DNA of 63,951 nucleotides, filler included, from Octopus bimaculoides (GCF_001194135.2; 4 parts of 3 records of this genome joined end to end with filler, not necessarily neighbours in it), one strand, 5' to 3'; shown: positions 35,044 through 48,471, counted from the whole stretch's first letter. Program-made: numbers and translations. The notes: a model not told the origin generated them from the letters alone.

Positions 35044-35478
35044 GTTAGTTTACAGTTTTCTATGGAAAAGTTAAATAAGCTCAAATATACAGGGTTGGCC
35101 AAAACTCACCTGACAGTAAATCAAAACTATTTAATTCCAAGATTAAAACAAAAAATTATTTTACATGAGACTTCGCTAATAAATAGACAAATGTTGAAAA
35201 ACGAGGATTTTAGTTCACAACATTAATCATTAAACATTCATAATCGGAATGAATAAATAAAATATAAAATTGAATATTAAGTATTTGTGGGGTTTCGAGT
35301 TACTCTCGGGTGGCTTTTTGCCAACCCTGTATATATTTATATTCTAATTTCGCATACATCACACACACACACACACACACACATGCACACGTACATATAT
35401 ATAGATAGATGAGAGACTGATATTTTCCGTATGGGATTCACTTCGTAGTGCTCAAAGGATTTAAACTTGAGCATGTAG

Positions 35479-35929
35479 AGGAGTAAATGTAAGTATAAGC
35501 AAGTTAAGTAAGTCGATACACAAAAAGTATTAAATTAAATACATTTAATACTACAAATGTACATATGTTTACATACAACAAGGTCCAACTTACACAGAAT
35601 ACAAACGATAACAGGAATCCAGTGGACTGAATAAGAGTTTTGCGAGTCCAACAGCTGTTTCTGGAGGCTTGGTAGTCCAAAATAATGATTGTAAATTGAT
35701 TCCATCATCGGATAATACTAACCTCCGTCTTTAAGGAAGAAATTTTATTTTCGAGGTGTTGGCAGAGAGGAAATTGAATCTTTAATCTCCTTTCTGTCAG
35801 CACCCCGAATGTAAAATTCTTCCCCGAAGACGGAGGCTGGTATTATCCGATGATGGAATCAATTTACAAATGTATTTGATATTTTTTTATATCGACGTGC
35901 ATAACCTGCTTATACTTACATTTACTCCT
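35479..35929. mobile_element. Foldback/MITE with outer inverted repeats and an inner 181-bp hairpin (35689-35869)
   Basis: Outer: aggagtaaatgtaagtataagcaagtta / taacctgcttatacttacatttactcct. Inner: ttgtaaattgattccatcatcggataatac / gtattatccgatgatggaatcaatttacaa. Confidence 0.8.
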
Positions 35930-35980
35930 AATATATATATATATATAACCTTAGAAAACCTTATTTATGTAATAAGATGC

Positions 35981-36080
35981 NNNNNNNNNNNNNNNNNNNN
36001 NNNNNNNNNNNNNNNNNNNNNNNNTTAATTAATTAANNNNNNNNNNNNNNNNNNNNNNNNNNNNNNNNNNNNNNNNNNNN
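35981..36080. other. Artificial 100-bp spacer
   Basis: 44N-TTAATTAATTAA-44N. Confidence 0.92.
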
Positions 36081-36525
36081 GTATGTGTGTCGTGTGTGTG
36101 TGTGTGTGGTTTTATGTATGTGAGGGGTGTGTATGTGTGTGTTTATGTGTGTGCGTGCGTATGTGTGCCAGGTATGTGTGTTATTTTGTGTGTCCACTCC
36201 TGTGTGTATGTGTGTGCATGTGTATGCGGCTGTGTATGTAGGCGTGCGCGTATATATGGGTGTGTGTGTGTATATATGTGCGTTCGGCTATGTGTGTGTG
36301 AGGGCGCGTATGTATGTTTGTCATGTATGTGGGCGGTATATATGTAAGGTGTGTGGGTATGTGTGCGTGTAGGTAGTGGTGAGATAAAAAGTGGAAAAAA
36401 GTAAGTGTAATAACAAGAGAATAATGGATATATATACATATACACACACACACACATATATATGTATATAAATGGATAGGTGTATGTGTATTCACACACA
36501 CACACACATAATATATATATATATT
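36081..36525. repeat. Degenerate (TG)n/(TA)n microsatellite tract
   Basis: Directly visible. Confidence 0.9.
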
Positions 36526-37217
36526 ATCAGTATTCCCTGTTTATCCACGTTCACTTTATTTTATTTTATTTATTTGTTTTTATCTACTTACCTTTTTATT
36601 GTATTTTGTTTATGTCTTTAATTACTTAATTCCATTTATTTATCTATCTATTGTATTAATTTCATATTATTATTAGTTTATGGGGATCTTATTCTGTCAT
36701 CAGGTTGTGGTGTAAGGTGTGTGTGCTAGTGTTCCATTCTAGTTTTCTATTTAGGCTAGCTTTATCTTCTATTATGTATGTAGCTTCTGTAATTTGTCTA
36801 AGTATTGTGGCAACAAGATTTTTACTTCTATGTTGTTGAGTGATCCCCTGTGGTCCCACTTAGCATGTTGGTATAGTACCGATGAGCTCTTCTCTTCCTC
36901 TAATGCTCATCAACCTGCTCTCCTATGCTACGTGTTGTCTCCCCTACATACATTGTTGTCTTGTTTTCGCACTGTCCCTCTGTACATCTTATTCTATAGA
37001 CTACATTGCTAGCTTTACAGTTTGTAAAGAGTTAGCCCACAAACAAACTGTAAAACTAGGAAATAAAGCTGAAGTGAATGAACACTGAATAAATAGTGCA
37101 TGTGTTTTCATTGGCTAAATTGGCAATGTGGACCATCCCCAAATGCAACAATATCTGTTTCAACACACAAGTCCACATGAAGAATCTTGCAAAACAAATA
37201 CATAAATGTAAATGTAT

Positions 37218-37264
<47 letters not shown>

Positions 37265-38039
37265 CTCACACACACACACATGCATATATATATTGAGTGA
37301 GATGGCAGCACATGCCTTCAAAATGAGACTAAGGCACAAATATACAAAGCTCAATAAACCCATCATGACTATGAATCTGATAAAGGTACACCAGGCACAT
37401 GCATCGCAGCTATATGTGTGACATGGTGATCTCATATCAAGATAGACAGTGCATGACCTTACAGGTGGAGCGNNNNNNNNNNTCTCATATCAAGATAGAC
37501 AGTGCATGACCTTACAGGTGGAGCGCCCCCCCCCCCCACTGTACATAGTGAACTCACATTAAACTGTATTAATAAAGAAGGTTGTGTGTTTTAACCAACT
37601 GTCCAAGTTAATAAATAGTAGAGGTTAATGTCTGAGACATAACTACAGTTTAGTACCGCAATTCCCAAATTATGCTTTATATAAATTTTGTAGAGGGTCA
37701 TAATTATGCTGATACAATTTAGAGACAAAATATAATAATTAGTATTATTTTGTTCAGAAACAAAATAAATCTTCACATTTGTAATCATTCAACAACTTGC
37801 TCATGAGCATTGCACAACATGTTTGATGTTAAATGCATGAAAGGGGGAATATTGCAGCAAATCATCCAGAATATTTTGATTATGAAAGGAAAATTCGAAA
37901 ATTTTTTTCAATAAGCCTTCCAAATTCATAATATTAGGTTGTTCTGAAAATAATGGTCAATTTCAGAAATATAATTTTATTCTGGAAAAATTAACAATAG
38001 GAACATCTATGCATCTTTGCCATTGTCACTCCACATCTT

Positions 38040-38465
38040 TGAACAGAGCCTTAAGCTTAATTCAGATGGCTATGTGAAGCTGATGCAGACTGGTCAAACC
38101 CTAGCTGAGAGAGTTGCTATTAGAAGGCCATATGTGCGACAGCAGGATTCAGTTCCTTGCCATACCACTGGAAAGAGTCAGAAGTGATTGTTGGAGAATT
38201 TATATGACTCCACCAGCCACAATTTCTAGCCTCTTTAATTCCCATGACTGTAGTCCAATGGTTTACTGTATGTGTGTGTGTGTGTGGTGGGGTGCATAGT
38301 TGAGGAAAACACTAACTACTCTGTCTGCAACACTAAGCCTGGGCTGAGGACCAAGATCAAGGAGATGGTCAAAGATCTTCCTAGGGACAAAGTGAGAAAT
38401 GCATGTGCTAGGTTCTGGAGCTGTCTTGATGCAATGGAGGAAGCTGAGGGTAGTTAAGTTGAGTG
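38040..38465 (+). mobile_element. maT/mariner-like transposase C-terminal remnant
   Basis: QQDSVPCHTTGKSQK...VEENTNYSVCNTKPGLRTKIKEMVKDLPRDKVRNACARFWSCLDAMEEAEG. Related to the element at 6098. Confidence 0.65.
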
Positions 38466-38567
38466 TATAGGTATAGATAGATCTACATCTATATATGTGT
38501 ACGTGTGTGTGTGTGTGTGTTATGCACAAATGCACACACACACATAAGCATATATGCATACACATTC

Positions 38568-38598
<31 letters not shown>

Positions 38599-40504
38599 TA
38601 AAGTTTTAGAAAAATTCTTGATTTTGTCATAATATTTAAAGAGAGATTTTCGTAAATTAAAAATTATTAACTAAATAAAAAAGTCTTAAAAAAACAGATT
38701 GAAACAAACCTTATGGAAGGAAGTTTTCATGTCGTATAAGGGCTTTATGCTGTTTCAAACACACATGTTATAAGGTAATCTGTAGAGAAGCTGTTGTTTT
38801 TAGTAGTGGTGCTGACTATTTCCAGTTTAGCTTTAGATTTGAAATTCTTATAAAATATTTTTCTTTCAGTTTTTATAGTTGATCACTCCTTTCCTTTATT
38901 TTGAAAAAAAATTAAAATTTTGAGTTTTCCATTTGCACAAATATCTAGATGTTCACCAAATGGAACATTTTCAAGAGATGAATCTTTGGCTTGTTTATGA
39001 ACCGTAACCCAATCTACAAATTTTGATCCTGTTTGGCTAATATAATACTCATTGCAATGTGGGCATGTGATGCAGTAAATGAAATTTTTGGTTTTGCAAT
39101 TCATATTTGCATTAACCTTCAGTTCCTTCCCATTCTCAAATTTTTTGGTTTTGCCCTATTCAATTAATTCACATGTCCCACAAAACAACAGGTCTCTACA
39201 TTTTGTTACTTGCTTTTCCTTTCTTCTTCTGGAGTAAATTTCACATTTGTTAAGAGTCTTTCAAGATTTGGTGGCTGTCTTCAGCTCTTAATAATTTGTG
39301 ATTCTTCAATTATTTCCTGAGTTTTGTTGTGACTGGTATAGAATTGGAAGGTATTGTTTGGCCAGCTGTAAGATATTATGATTTCTAGCATTATGGGTGA
39401 CTAGGAAATGGAATATTTATGCCTTTGTTTTTGTCTTTACCCTCAATGTGAGAGGTTCTCTATAAAACAGAGATTGAGGTCTCTTTTACATTGGTTACAG
39501 TATGATTCACTAAGATTTTCAGGTATTTTTGCTTCTGAAGGAATATTTTTAATTCCACCAGTCATCTCATTGACTAGAGCATATAATAATTGAACATAAA
39601 TGTCTTGCTATATTAATAGGGATATTCATTTTAATATATGATGGGTGACAAAATCTAAAATCTAAGGACTGGTGTGTGTCTATGTTCTTGCAGTAGAAAT
39701 CAGCTGTAAAAATCGCATTTTCAATAATTTTCAAAATGTCCAAAAAAAGAAAGTTCCCTTTCATTCATTTTCATAGTGAATTGGACCAATTCATTAATGC
39801 TATTTATTAATTTCAGAAATCATGTCAGAGCTTCCTTACTTCTGTTCCATGATATGAAGCAGTCATCCAGGAATCTTTTCCAGTTTTGTTTTAAATAGAA
39901 TAGGAAATGCTGATTAAGTAATCCTAGATCATCAGGCATAGATTGATTTTTCTTCAAGAAATCCTGTCATTTGTGTTGCAAATGTGGGTGCAACTTTCAT
40001 GCTCATTGCTGTCCCTTTTATTTGAAGGAAATATTGGTTATTATAGAAGTTGTGGAACTAATTGTAATCCTGCTAGGATAAATTCTTTTTAGAATCTCTC
40101 CTGAATTCTGTTTGGATATTTGTCTATCCAGAATTATACTGCAGCCAATCCTAATTCATGGGGGTTATTTATGTAGAGGCTGCTCATATTGAAACTAACC
40201 AGGATCATCTCTATATTTACTCTTTCTAGAACATGGATTATAAAGTTCATATCATTTCTGATGAAACTAGGGACCAAATTTCAAAATTGTGTCCAGAAAA
40301 TTGATTAATTGTTGAGTGCTTGATGTTGTCCTGTGACACTTGGGCTTGATTTTAAATCAGACACTTTGGCAGTCTTTACATATAGTGTACTAAAGTCCTT
40401 TAAACAGATATGAATTTCTTTAGATTCATGAAGTTTTGGTAATTCATAAAAGTTATTTGTTTTTACCGCAAAATTAGTCAGTAATCCAACAGTTTTTCTG
40501 TTAA

Positions 40505-43500
40505 CCCATTAGCATTTAAAATGGCCATCATCATCAGCATCATCATTGTTTAACATCTGCTTTCCATGCTGGCGTGGGTTGGACGATTTGACTAAGGACT
40601 GGCGAGCCAGATGGCTGCACCAGGCTCCAATCTGATCTGGCAGAGTTTCTACAGCTGGATGCCTTTCCTAATACCAACCACTCTGAGTGTGTAGTGGGTG
40701 CTTTTACATGCCACCAGCACGAGAGCCAGTCAGGCAGTACTGGTGACGGCTATGCTCAAATAGTGTTTTTCATGTGCCACCTGCACAGGAGCCAGTCAAG
40801 CGGCACTAGCAATGACCTCGCTCAAATGTTGTTTTTCATGTGCCACCAGCACAAGTGCCAGTAAGGCGACGCTGGCAACGATCACACTCGAATGGTGCTT
40901 TTTATGTGTCACTGGCATGGGAGCCAGTCAGCGGCCCTGGCAACGATCACGCTTGGATGGTGCCTTTAACGTCCCACTGGCACGGGTGCCAATCAGGTAG
41001 TGCTGTCATCGGCCACATCAGCGAATTTGATTTTGATTGTGATTTCACTTGCCTCAACAGGTCTTCACAAGCAATGCATAAGTAGGCTGGTTACACCGCT
41101 GGCATAGGCCATGGGTTATGGTCTCACTTGGCTTGCTGAGTCTTCTCACGCACAACATATTTCCAAAGGTCTCAGTCACTAGTCATTGCCTCGGTGAGGC
41201 CCAATGTTCAAAGGTCGTGCTTCACCACCTCATCCCAGGTTTTCCTGGGTCTACCTCTTCCACAGATTCCCTCAACTTCTAGGGTGTGACACTTTTTCAC
41301 ACAGCTGTCCTCATCCATTTGCACCACATGTCCATACCAGTGCAGTCGTCTCTCTTGCACATCACATCTCATGCATCTTAGGTTCAACTGTTCTCTCAAG
41401 GTGCTTACACTCTGTCGAGTATGCTCACTGACATTACACATCCAGTGGAGCATACTGGCTTCATTCTTTGCAAGCTTACACATGTCCTCAGGAGTCACGG
41501 CCCATGTTTCACTGCCATGTAGCATGGCTGTTCATACACATGCGTCATAGAGTCTATCTTTTACTCTGAGTGAGAGGCCCTTTGTCACCACAGAGGTAGG
41601 AGTTACCTGAACTTTGCCCAGGCTATTCTTATTCTAGCAGCTTCACTTTCAGAGCATCCACCCCCGGTACTGACTTGGTCACCTAGGTAACGGAAGCTGT
41701 CAACTACTTCTAGTTTTTCTCTCTGGAAGGTGACAGAAGTTGTTCTCTGCACATTTCCAGTGTTTATTGTTCCTGAGTATCTGCCACATACAAAAACTAT
41801 CTTCCCAGTTAGCCTTCCTTTGATATTGCTGCACCTATTATGTGTCCATAGCTTACACTGGGTACATCTTATAGAGGTTCTACCTATGCCTTTTCTACAG
41901 ATCGACATGGGCCATCTACCTGAAGGGATTTGTGGTTTGTCTGCCTTCCTACTTATTAAGACTTTGGTTTTAGCTAGGTTGACTCTAAAGCCCTTCGATT
42001 CTAATCCTTACTTCCACACCTGAAACTTCTCCAGTTCTGATAGTAACTCAGCCATTAGAGCAAGGTCATCAGCATAGAAGAACTTCCAGAGGCATCCTGT
42101 CTTGAATTCCTCTGCTACTGCTTGGAGAACTATGATAAATAGGGGGGGGGGGCTGAGGACTGAACCTTGGTGGACCCCTACCTGTACCTGGAATTCTTCA
42201 CTGTAATCGTTGCCAACCCTCACCTTACTGATAGCATCTCTGTATGTGGCTTGCACAGCTCTCATTAACCATTCATCTATCACTAGTTTCCTCATTGACC
42301 ACCAGATAAGGGAGCGGGGGACCCTGTCAAAGGCTTTCTCCATGTCAGCAAAATCCAGGTACAAGGGTTTATCTTTAGCTAAGTATTTATCTTGCAGCTG
42401 TCTTACCAGAAATATAGCATCAGTGGTGCTTTTCCCTGGTACAAACCCAAACTGCATCTCATCTAGACTGACCCTCTCCCTAATTAGTTGGGCTACAACC
42501 CTCTCCATGACTTTCATTACCTGATCCAACAGCTTGATACATCTGTAATTATTTGTATCTAATGCGTCACCTTTACCTTTGTAGCAGTTGACTATGGTGC
42601 TGCTGCACCAGTCATTGGGTATGACTCCTTCGTGTATCACCTGGTTCGTAATACGGGTGACTAGGCTATAGCCGACACTGCCAGATATTTTGAGCATCTC
42701 TGTGGTGATTCTTGATGGGCTGGGGGCTTTCCCTGTCTTCATACCCTTAATTGCTTTATCTACCAAAGCACTGACAATTCAGATAGATGGTCCCTCTGTT
42801 GGGTTGGCATTCGGTAGGCTCTCTTTCTCCCATTCATTCTCTTTATTTGGCAACCTTTCATAGTGGCATCTCCATACCTCTCTCTTTGCAGCCTCATTTA
42901 ATGCAAGTGAACCATCATCCATGTGAACACATTTCTCTCCTATCACATCACAATTCTCTCTCACACACTGTCTTGCAGCATGAAATACCTCAAGTCTTTG
43001 GTCCTCATGGCACAGAACATTGGCAAACATTTTCTTATCTGCTTCCCCACTGGCTAAATAAACTTGCTTTCTAGCTTCCCTTTTGGCAATCAGATACGAT
43101 TCTCTGCTACCACTGTTTTTCCAGTCCTTCCAAGCCTGTTTCTTTTCCCTAATGGCCCTGTCAACAACATTGTTCCACCACCACATTACCTTGGGTCAAG
43201 AGGGGACTTTGCACCATCCACAGATCTGGTCAGTGGCCCTCAGCAGATTGACCCGTAGAAACCTCCAGTTGTCTTCCACATCATGTGATGCTATATCCCA
43301 CTCTATTTCACCAAAAGCTTCAAGTAATACGTCTCTAAACCTCTGTCCATTTGCAGGATCTTTAAGCTTCCAAACCCTTCTCCTCCATGCTGGTTGTCTT
43401 CTGGGCATCTATTTTAGCCCTGATCCTGAAGTCGCTAACTACTAGTCTATGTTGTGGGGTACATTCTTCACCTGGGAAAGTATTGGCATTTATAAGTAGC

Positions 43501-44235
43501 CATCTTTCCCTTTTCCTGGTGAGGATGTAGTCAATCTAACTAGTGTGTCTACCAGACCAGTTGGTGACTAGATGACTGGCAGGTTTCCTGAAGTTACTAT
43601 TGCATACCATAAGATCATTTGCATCACAGAACTCCAGCAGCCTGGTTCCCTCCTCATTGCAGGAACCAAAACCATAGCGTCCATGTATGCCATGGAAGCA
43701 CCCTGCATGTTGTCCAACATGTCCATTGAAATCACCAGCCACAAAGAGAAGGTCCTTGTCATTCGTCGACGAGGTAGTCAGCAAGAGGGTGTCATAAAAT
43801 CGGTGTTTCTGTCCATCAGGTAGCCCCAGCTGAGGAGCATAGGCTGAGATAATGGTTGTTAACCCATAATGTAGCACTAATCTAATCTTAAGAATTCTAT
43901 CGCAGACTCTGACTACCTTGATTACCTTATCAACCCATTTCTCTTCAAGAAGTATACCCACACCCCCGACCCCACCAGTGTTCCCTGCTCAGAAGATCTT
44001 GTATCTATGTTTTTTGCTTGTGAGGAACCTAGCAGAGCCTCCTCTCCACCTTACTTCTTGGATGCATATGTTCAAACTGGCCAGATTTGATCTCTCACAT
44101 CTTCCCTACAATGTCATTGTAAAATAAATAATCACATCATTGAAATCTTGAAGCTACACAATAATGCATGATTAATTCAAAACAGTGTAAAGGAATAAGC
44201 ATTACATTTGACAGAATAATCTGAATGCTAAAGGG
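40505..44235. mobile_element. TTAA-flanked piggyBac-type MITE, interrupted by an RTE LINE
   Basis: ttaa|cccattagcatt at 40501 and aatgctaaaggg|ttaa at 44239. An uninterrupted copy lies at about 52918-53146. Confidence 0.75.
40527..44045 (-). mobile_element. Near-complete, 5'-truncated RTE LINE (APE endonuclease + RT), degenerate
   Basis: GVGILL...DRIL..RL...ISAYAPQ...VAGDFNGHVG (APE); KGKGDA...YRCIKLL...QFGFVPGKSTTDAIF...DMEKAFDRVP...GVHQGSVLSP...FYADDL (RT); GRGRPRKTW; 3' UTR with a (GAT)n tail. Several frameshifts and stops. Confidence 0.95.
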
Positions 44236-45602
44236 TTAAATTGCTTTTGAAGTTACTCATTAATTCACCAATTTTTAAATTATTTATCTATATTAGCTTC
44301 TAATTGTTTGTAGAAATGTTGGTCATTTAGTTGTTCACAGACCATTTCCCCTTTATTAAGATAACTCCCCCTTATTCAGCTTCCCTAATGACCATAGGCT
44401 AATCTTTCTGTATATTTGAATACTTTATGCTCTTCATTTGTAAAGTTTGATTTTATACAATTTTCTGGAATGTTTGAGTTTACTAATTTTTTCAGACACA
44501 TTATATATTTCTCTAAGTGTTTATTCCTGTCCTTTGGAGGTTTAAGCTCCACTTTGTTTTTCACAAGTGATAGAGCTTCATGATCCTTTTCTTAGAAAAA
44601 CTCCAGTTGATGAAGTTTTAGACAAAATTCTTTAGTATCTTTTATAAGATCTGTTGTGCCAGGTTTTCTAAGTTGGTGTAAATTTAAGTTCATATTCCAA
44701 AAGTTTTACTTCATTTTCACAAAGTCACATGATAAATTTATTACTTTTGAATCAGTTGGTTCAGTATTTCCTGCAATCTTTCTATCGTGCTTTCTTTTGG
44801 TCATGATCAGAACTCTTACTCTTACCACCAAAACTTTGTTTTATTTTGAGAATCATTTGTATTCTGTCTTTCTAATTCTATTTTTTGGGGGAAGGACAGT
44901 TTCCAGTTGTTGATATGCCTAGTATTAATCAGCTTCCTTGCTAAGTTAGCTTGCTTTTAGTAGAATTTTACTGTTTCCTTTGGTTTTACCATTTATTTTA
45001 CTGTGTTCTTCTATTATAATTGTTTGGAAGTATTTTGTAGTTGAGTTTGTTTTGGTATGAATTGTTTAATTTCAGTCCAATTTTGTATGTATAGATTCTT
45101 GCAACCTCCACCCACCCAAACTCCTGGTTTTTCTGTTCCATCCATTTCTGTTCATCTCATATCTTGAGGGTCATCCTAGACACCTCATCACCACAAATTG
45201 TATCATTTTCCACTCCTCTAAAATGTGAGTAGTCTTGTAGTTCTTCTACAACAAAAAACTTGTTCTGCTCTGGTCCCTTCTTTCATACTTAAATCCCTCA
45301 TCTCAGACCCCTCAGATTTCATAGTCTTGCAAGCTGGATCGTAACCTCATTAGTGATGGTGGCACAAAAGAAAAAGCACACAGTATATGTTGTAAAGTGG
45401 TTAAGGCTGCTTGATCAAGCTGATCTGGGATTATGTAACAACATTGATAACAATAACAAGAACAGCAAACCTTGAGACAATGAATGTAAGGTCAATCCTA
45501 GCAAGCACTGAACCCAGAATATTAAAGGGTAATACTTAAAACTGTATGGTATTTTGTTCAGCTTAATATTTTGGTCACTGCAACACTTTATATGTTGATA
45601 AT

Positions 45603-45889
45603 TGTGGTGAGATGGAGGAAGAAGACAACAAGAAGCAAAAGGACAGAATGAAGCGTTGGACCTTACCTTGCCGACCGCAGCGGGGTACACGATCGCTCCT
45701 AATCAGAACACGTCTTTCTCGTAACGTCGCTGTTTTCTCGCTGGCCCCACGTGCTAGCCTTCGACCGCGTGTCGCCGACTTCCGATCTGACACTTCCGAT
45801 CTGACCCTTCCGGTCTGGCCCTTCCGGTCTGGCTTCACCTCTGTTTGCCTCACCCCTCTCCACCACAACACACAGCCCATAACACCACA
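45603..45889. mobile_element. Young solo LTR (287 bp) with a perfect 5-bp TSD
   Basis: TGTGGTG...CACCACA termini; ATAAT at 45598-45602 and 45890-45894. CpG-rich, with four internal 14-bp repeats (cttccg[a/g]tctg[a/g]c). Confidence 0.85.
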
Positions 45890-46016
45890 ATAATATTACT
45901 TAATTTCATTCCATTTTGTCTTAAATGACACTGCTCACTAGTCCAAATACTTTTGCCCAGTTAGTTTTAACTGAATGAAAGTATTTAAAGGAGATATGAC
46001 AAAAAGCATTACTAAC

Positions 46017-46249
46017 CTACTAGCTGTCCGTGGTGTACTTAAAATGTTGTTTTCAGGCATTAGCAACCATTTTGTAGCATCCATCTTCTGTCGACTTGAT
46101 GAGCTATCAGGACGAGAGAACAGCTTGAGATTCTCAATATCATTCCTACTGTAATTTTTACCTGTTAAGAGAGACAGAATCACTTGCAATTCTTCATCAT
46201 ATTGCTGTGAAGTGAAGTGTAGAGGATTATCTGGATCAGTCACATTAAC
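46017..46249 (-). CDS. FAM228B: FAM228-like protein, exon
   Basis: ttacag|GTT...AGT AG|gttagt. Encodes VNVTDPDNPLH...EELQVILSLLTGKNYSRNDIENLKL...SRQKMDATKWLLMPENNILSTPRTAS. The downstream exon(s) were not found. Confidence 0.75.
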
Positions 46250-46714
46250 CTGTAATATATAATACAATACACAAATGAATCATGAATAAATAACTGTAAT
46301 AATGGGATTATGTATATGGACAATTTAACTGGATTTAACTGTTACTTTCAAAATATTATTTATATTTGTATTTGTATAAACCCTGAATAGAGAAAGGGCA
46401 AAATCAACTCTGGTGGGATTTAAAACCCAGGACATATAGAAATGAAATTAAATGGGGTATAGTACCATTTAATCTTGTTTTTATTTGAGTAAACAAGAAG
46501 ATATAATCCATGCAGAAAGATAAAAAAATTTATAAGAATTCAAGGAAAACACATTCAGGTGATTGTACTCAAATATCCACCTCTAACATAAAAGAGCTAT
46601 GGGCTCAAGTAAACCTGAATATATATATATATATATATCAATGAATTTAAAAAATTCAGTTTCACCAAAATATAGATTTTCAACTATAAAATATTCTTCT
46701 GATTAAAGCCTCAC

Positions 46715-46789
46715 CTTTCCAGGAACTTTGTTAGGGTAGGGATATATTGAATATTCCTCTGGGTCAGCAGTATCAAGATAAGCACAGCC
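46715..46789 (-). CDS. FAM228B: FAM228-like protein, 75-nt exon
   Basis: ttccttccag|GGC...AAG|gtgagg. Encodes GCAYLDTADPEEYSIYPYPNKVPGK, matching the FAM228 G..F/YL...DP.EY motif. Too short for the ORF track. Confidence 0.78.
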
Positions 46790-47463
46790 CTGGAAGGAAA
46801 TATAAATGTTTAACTGAAAATATGTTGTCTAACCAACTTTATTTTATAAATTCTATATCTTCTTATGTCAAAGCAAACCTACTAGTGTGTACTGATTTTC
46901 TGTATGTAACATTTGCATTTAACTAAGAAAAGTGGGGTCTTTTGGGGATGACCATTAACAAGTGAATCGAGAGAAAAGTACTGAATAGAAAATAGAAACC
47001 AAGGAAAAAAAAAATTGTCACAAGGCTTCCACTTAGGTATGTATTGTTGTTGTTGTTTGTTCCTTTTTGAGCCATGCCTAGTTCATAAGGGCCAGTTTCC
47101 TGGTTTTATTGGCATATAGGTTCCCACCTGGATGGGACGCTGGTTCATTGCATGTGAGTTGCTACATGCAGGAGGAAAGAGAGAGAGAAAGTTGTGGTGA
47201 AAGAGTCAGCAGAAGTTCACCATTACCTTCTGCCATAGCTGCATGGTGCTTAGGTGCTTCACTCATAAACACACACATTGCCTGGTCTGAGATTTGAACC
47301 TGTGATCCCTTGACTGTGAGTCTGCTGCTCTAAACACTAGGCTATGTGCCTCCACATGTATGTATTACCTGCTATGATTTTAAATGTAAATAATATTAGA
47401 TATTATGAGCTCCATCTTGAGACAGAAAGATGAACAGGCCCACTGATAAATCTTGAAGTATGT

Positions 47464-48003
47464 ATACAAGCTGTCTCAGAATTACCTATATCTGTGAAAT
47501 TGGATAATTTTTTTTTTAAACACACTCACACTTTTATTTATGTTTATCATGTTTAATATGTGTTAAAAGTGTATACATTTTTAATTCTGTTCATAATTTT
47601 ATAATTAAAAAATTTTTTTTTTTTTATAATTTTATATTCATTCCTGTTGGAACCCGCTTATCTGTCCACAGTTGTTTATTTTCAATTTGGCTGCAATCAT
47701 TTTCCCGACTTCCATTCCTAGGATGGAGCAATAGTTTAGCTGAACTTAAAGAATGCATTCAGCTAGCAGTGCAGGAGATAAGTCTTGAAATGCTTCAAAA
47801 TGTGTTTCACAATATTAAGGATTGATTTGAAATTTGCAGAGGTACAGACAGAGCACATATTCAAAATTTTCAATAAAGTTTCGACATAAGATTTATAAAT
47901 CTATTTGTTTTGGTATCATAATTAATAATGAATATAAAATTTTGTCAGCTTTTAAAAAATTTTCCTTATTTCATTAAAATAGATAGTTAATTCTGGGACA
48001 CCT
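47464..48003 (+). mobile_element. Internally deleted Tc1/mariner-superfamily remnant
   Basis: Inverted ends gctgtctcagaatta / taattctgggacacc. C-terminal LAELKECIQLAVQEISLEMLQNVFHNIKD*FEIC...HIQ. Confidence 0.5.
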
Positions 48004-48471
48004 TAATTTTTGCTGGGTTGGTACTCATGTTATTAATTAAACTATAAAGTACAAGAAATGTACTATATAGACACTATAAGTTGCTTCTAACACTTTAACT
48101 AAACTATTTTATCTCCATTAGATAATTTGTCAGTTAGTGTTATTCTATTAATGTTCAATATTGCAAAACATCCAAGCTTAGTTCAGTGTTTGTGATGTCA
48201 ACTAACCTCATTGAAATATCTATTATCATCATCTATGTAATTATACACCAATTTGTTTTATGTACAGAACAAAGAAAAGAAATACAAAATGACTTAGTTC
48301 CATAATTCTGGTTCGTACTTAATACTTCTTGATGTAGTTTAACCACCTGATAATAGAATCCACTCATAAGTTATGTTTGAATGCTAAAAGACAGTCAATT
48401 ATATAAAAAAAAATTGCTCCAATTGGTGTAAAACAGCAAAAGTCAATTACATATGGCTTCAAATACCTTAC

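Larger units (their letters stand above)
38850..45290 (-). mobile_element. Degenerate Penelope-like element (RT + GIY-YIG), split by a MITE/RTE insertion at 40501-44239
   Basis: MNCKTKNFIYCITCPHCNEYYISQTG...HK (GIY-YIG) at 38883-39104; FLDI...DFYCKNIDTHQSLDFRFCHP...NIP.N.ARH (PLE thumb) at 39567-39764. Assigning 44240-45290 as the N-terminal part is less certain. Confidence 0.75.

Noticed and set aside
29916-46249. Functional cluster of staufen, the vWD gene and FAM228
   Set aside because: The genes are on separate pieces joined by synthetic spacers and have no known shared pathway.
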